Source: a bacterium (lineage in GTDB: Bacteria; Zhuqueibacterota; Zhuqueibacteria; Oceanimicrobiales; Oceanimicrobiaceae). Taken from it: a DNA stretch of 49,265 nucleotides. Positions 48,593 to 49,265 of the stretch are shown piece by piece. A model generated the notes under the pieces. That model searched no databases. It saw only the letters and a program-made list of their open reading frames with translations, and was not told the origin of the DNA. The stretch covers positions 1 through 49,265 of the forward strand of contig JBHHXT010000015.1 in NCBI GenBank assembly GCA_046757165.1. The letters run 5' to 3'. The position numbers and the translations under genes are program-made. Position 1 is the stretch's first letter. Each line of letters opens with the position of its first letter.

Positions 48593-48653
48593 CTGACGAT
48601 TGGCTTCCGGCGTTTCACAAAGTCTTTGATGAATCAAAGCAGAAGCGGCTCGT

Positions 48654-48680
48654 CAAAACACGGTCGCAGACCGTGTTGGA
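48654..48680 (-). repeat. Dispersed palindromic repeat, copy 2
   Basis: TCCAACACGGTCTGCGACCGTGTTTTG; differs from copy 1 by one compensatory base pair. Confidence 0.7.
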
Positions 48681-48832
48681 TCATTTCAGACCTTTTCGGC
48701 AGTTTACTCTATCATTTGCTTTTTCTGTCTCTGCGAGACTCTGTCCCGCACGGGCGGGACGTTTAGATAACAACCTCCCCAATCCGGAACCAAAAAGGTT
48801 CTCATAAATTGAGCGGTTCCTGACCGGGCGGC

Positions 48833-48889
48833 GGTGTTCAAGCTTCAGCTTGCTGGGGGGGAGGAGAAACACGCTAAAACGTGAACACC
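48833..48889. repeat. Inverted pair of REP-like hairpins
   Basis: GGTGTTCAAGCTTCAGCTTG (+) and GGTGTTCACGTTTTAGCGTG (-). Confidence 0.55.
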
Positions 48890-48960
48890 CTCATTCTGAA
48901 CACCTGAACCCGTTGAAAGTTTAGAAAAAAAGCTGTCCCTGTAACTTACATAATAGTAGC

Positions 48961-49010
48961 CCTGAGTTGTAAAGTCTTGCTAAAAAACGGCACAACTTTA
49001 CAACTCAAGG
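48961..49010. other. Long hairpin downstream of the repeat ORF
   Basis: Perfect 13-bp stem TGAGTTGTAAAGT/ACTTTACAACTCA. Confidence 0.65.
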
Positions 49011-49043
49011 ATTGAGGTTGACCCAGTTATTCCTGCACACACC

Positions 49044-49265
49044 TTAGCGTGGTGGACGGCTCGAACCCGCTGACTCATCTTGCTCACGCGGCTGGCTCGA
49101 ACCGGCCGACTCATCCTGCTCACGCGGTTGGCTCGAACCTGCAGATTCATCCTGCTCACGTGGTTGGCTCGAACCTGCCGATTCATCCTGCTCACGTGGT
49201 TGGCTCGAACCTGCCGATTCGTCCTGCTCGCGCGGTTGGCTCGAACCGGCAGATTCATCCTGCTC
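49044..49265 (-). CDS. Tandem-repeat protein (EQDESAGSSQPR)n, 5' end outside the window
   Basis: The frame starting at 49265 reads EQDESAGSSQPR x5 then EQDESAGSSRPPR-TAA; differences among the five exact 36-bp units are all synonymous third-position changes. Confidence 0.85.
   Translation of the reverse strand, partial: EQDESAGSSQPREQDESAGSSQPREQDESAGSSQPREQDESAGSSQPREQDESAGSSQPREQDESAGSSRPPR

Noticed and set aside
45024..48637. CHAT locus as an island integrated at tRNA-Thr
   Set aside because: The CHAT gene lies on the 5' side of the tRNA, and I saw no integrase or duplicated tRNA 3' end.
48998..49258. Tracked 86-aa ORF MNLPVRANRAS...
   Set aside because: Wrong frame: its repeat units differ in amino acids, while the EQDESAGSSQPR frame is invariant.
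49047..49265. 36-bp repeats beside a TPR-CHAT gene as a CRISPR array (type III-E/Csx29-like)
   Set aside because: Units are head-to-tail with no spacers, variation follows codon third positions, and no cas genes are in the window.

Overview
Bacterial chromosomal window, mostly housekeeping. A PorV/PorQ-type beta-barrel, a long IspG and a C-terminally anchored CHAT protein suggest an FCB-superphylum lineage such as KSB1 or Calditrichota (inference only). From left to right: ROK glucokinase, ispG, a plus-strand thermonuclease/small protein/thiolase block, and the yceD-rpmF-plsX-fabH-fabD-fabG-acpP-fabF-rnc cluster. Next come a likely arginine synthetase (ArcE-like)-arcC-sucCD-ndk operon, a sigma54-preceded orphan OmpR-type regulator, a heterodimeric ABC exporter and an esterase. 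These are followed by a dcw cluster that cleanly lacks murE, murD and murC, then rpmB, tonB/exbBD with neighbouring enzymes, and tRNA-Thr(CGT). The right end holds the most interesting locus. A predicted exported, membrane-anchored TPR-CHAT (caspase-like) protease lies just downstream of an ORF the supplied track read in the wrong frame. That ORF encodes at least six tandem copies of the peptide EQDESAGSSQPR, with only synonymous DNA variation among the five exact copies, and is a candidate repeat-peptide precursor or ligand for the protease. Other notable items: probable non-canonical start codons (ATC for fabD, ATT for an ABC subunit), a TA-flanked MITE inserted at the fabH stop codon, an unassigned ~115-nt structured RNA with a leader ORF upstream of the esterase, and several REP-like palindromes. 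All calls come from reading the sequence; no database searches were run.
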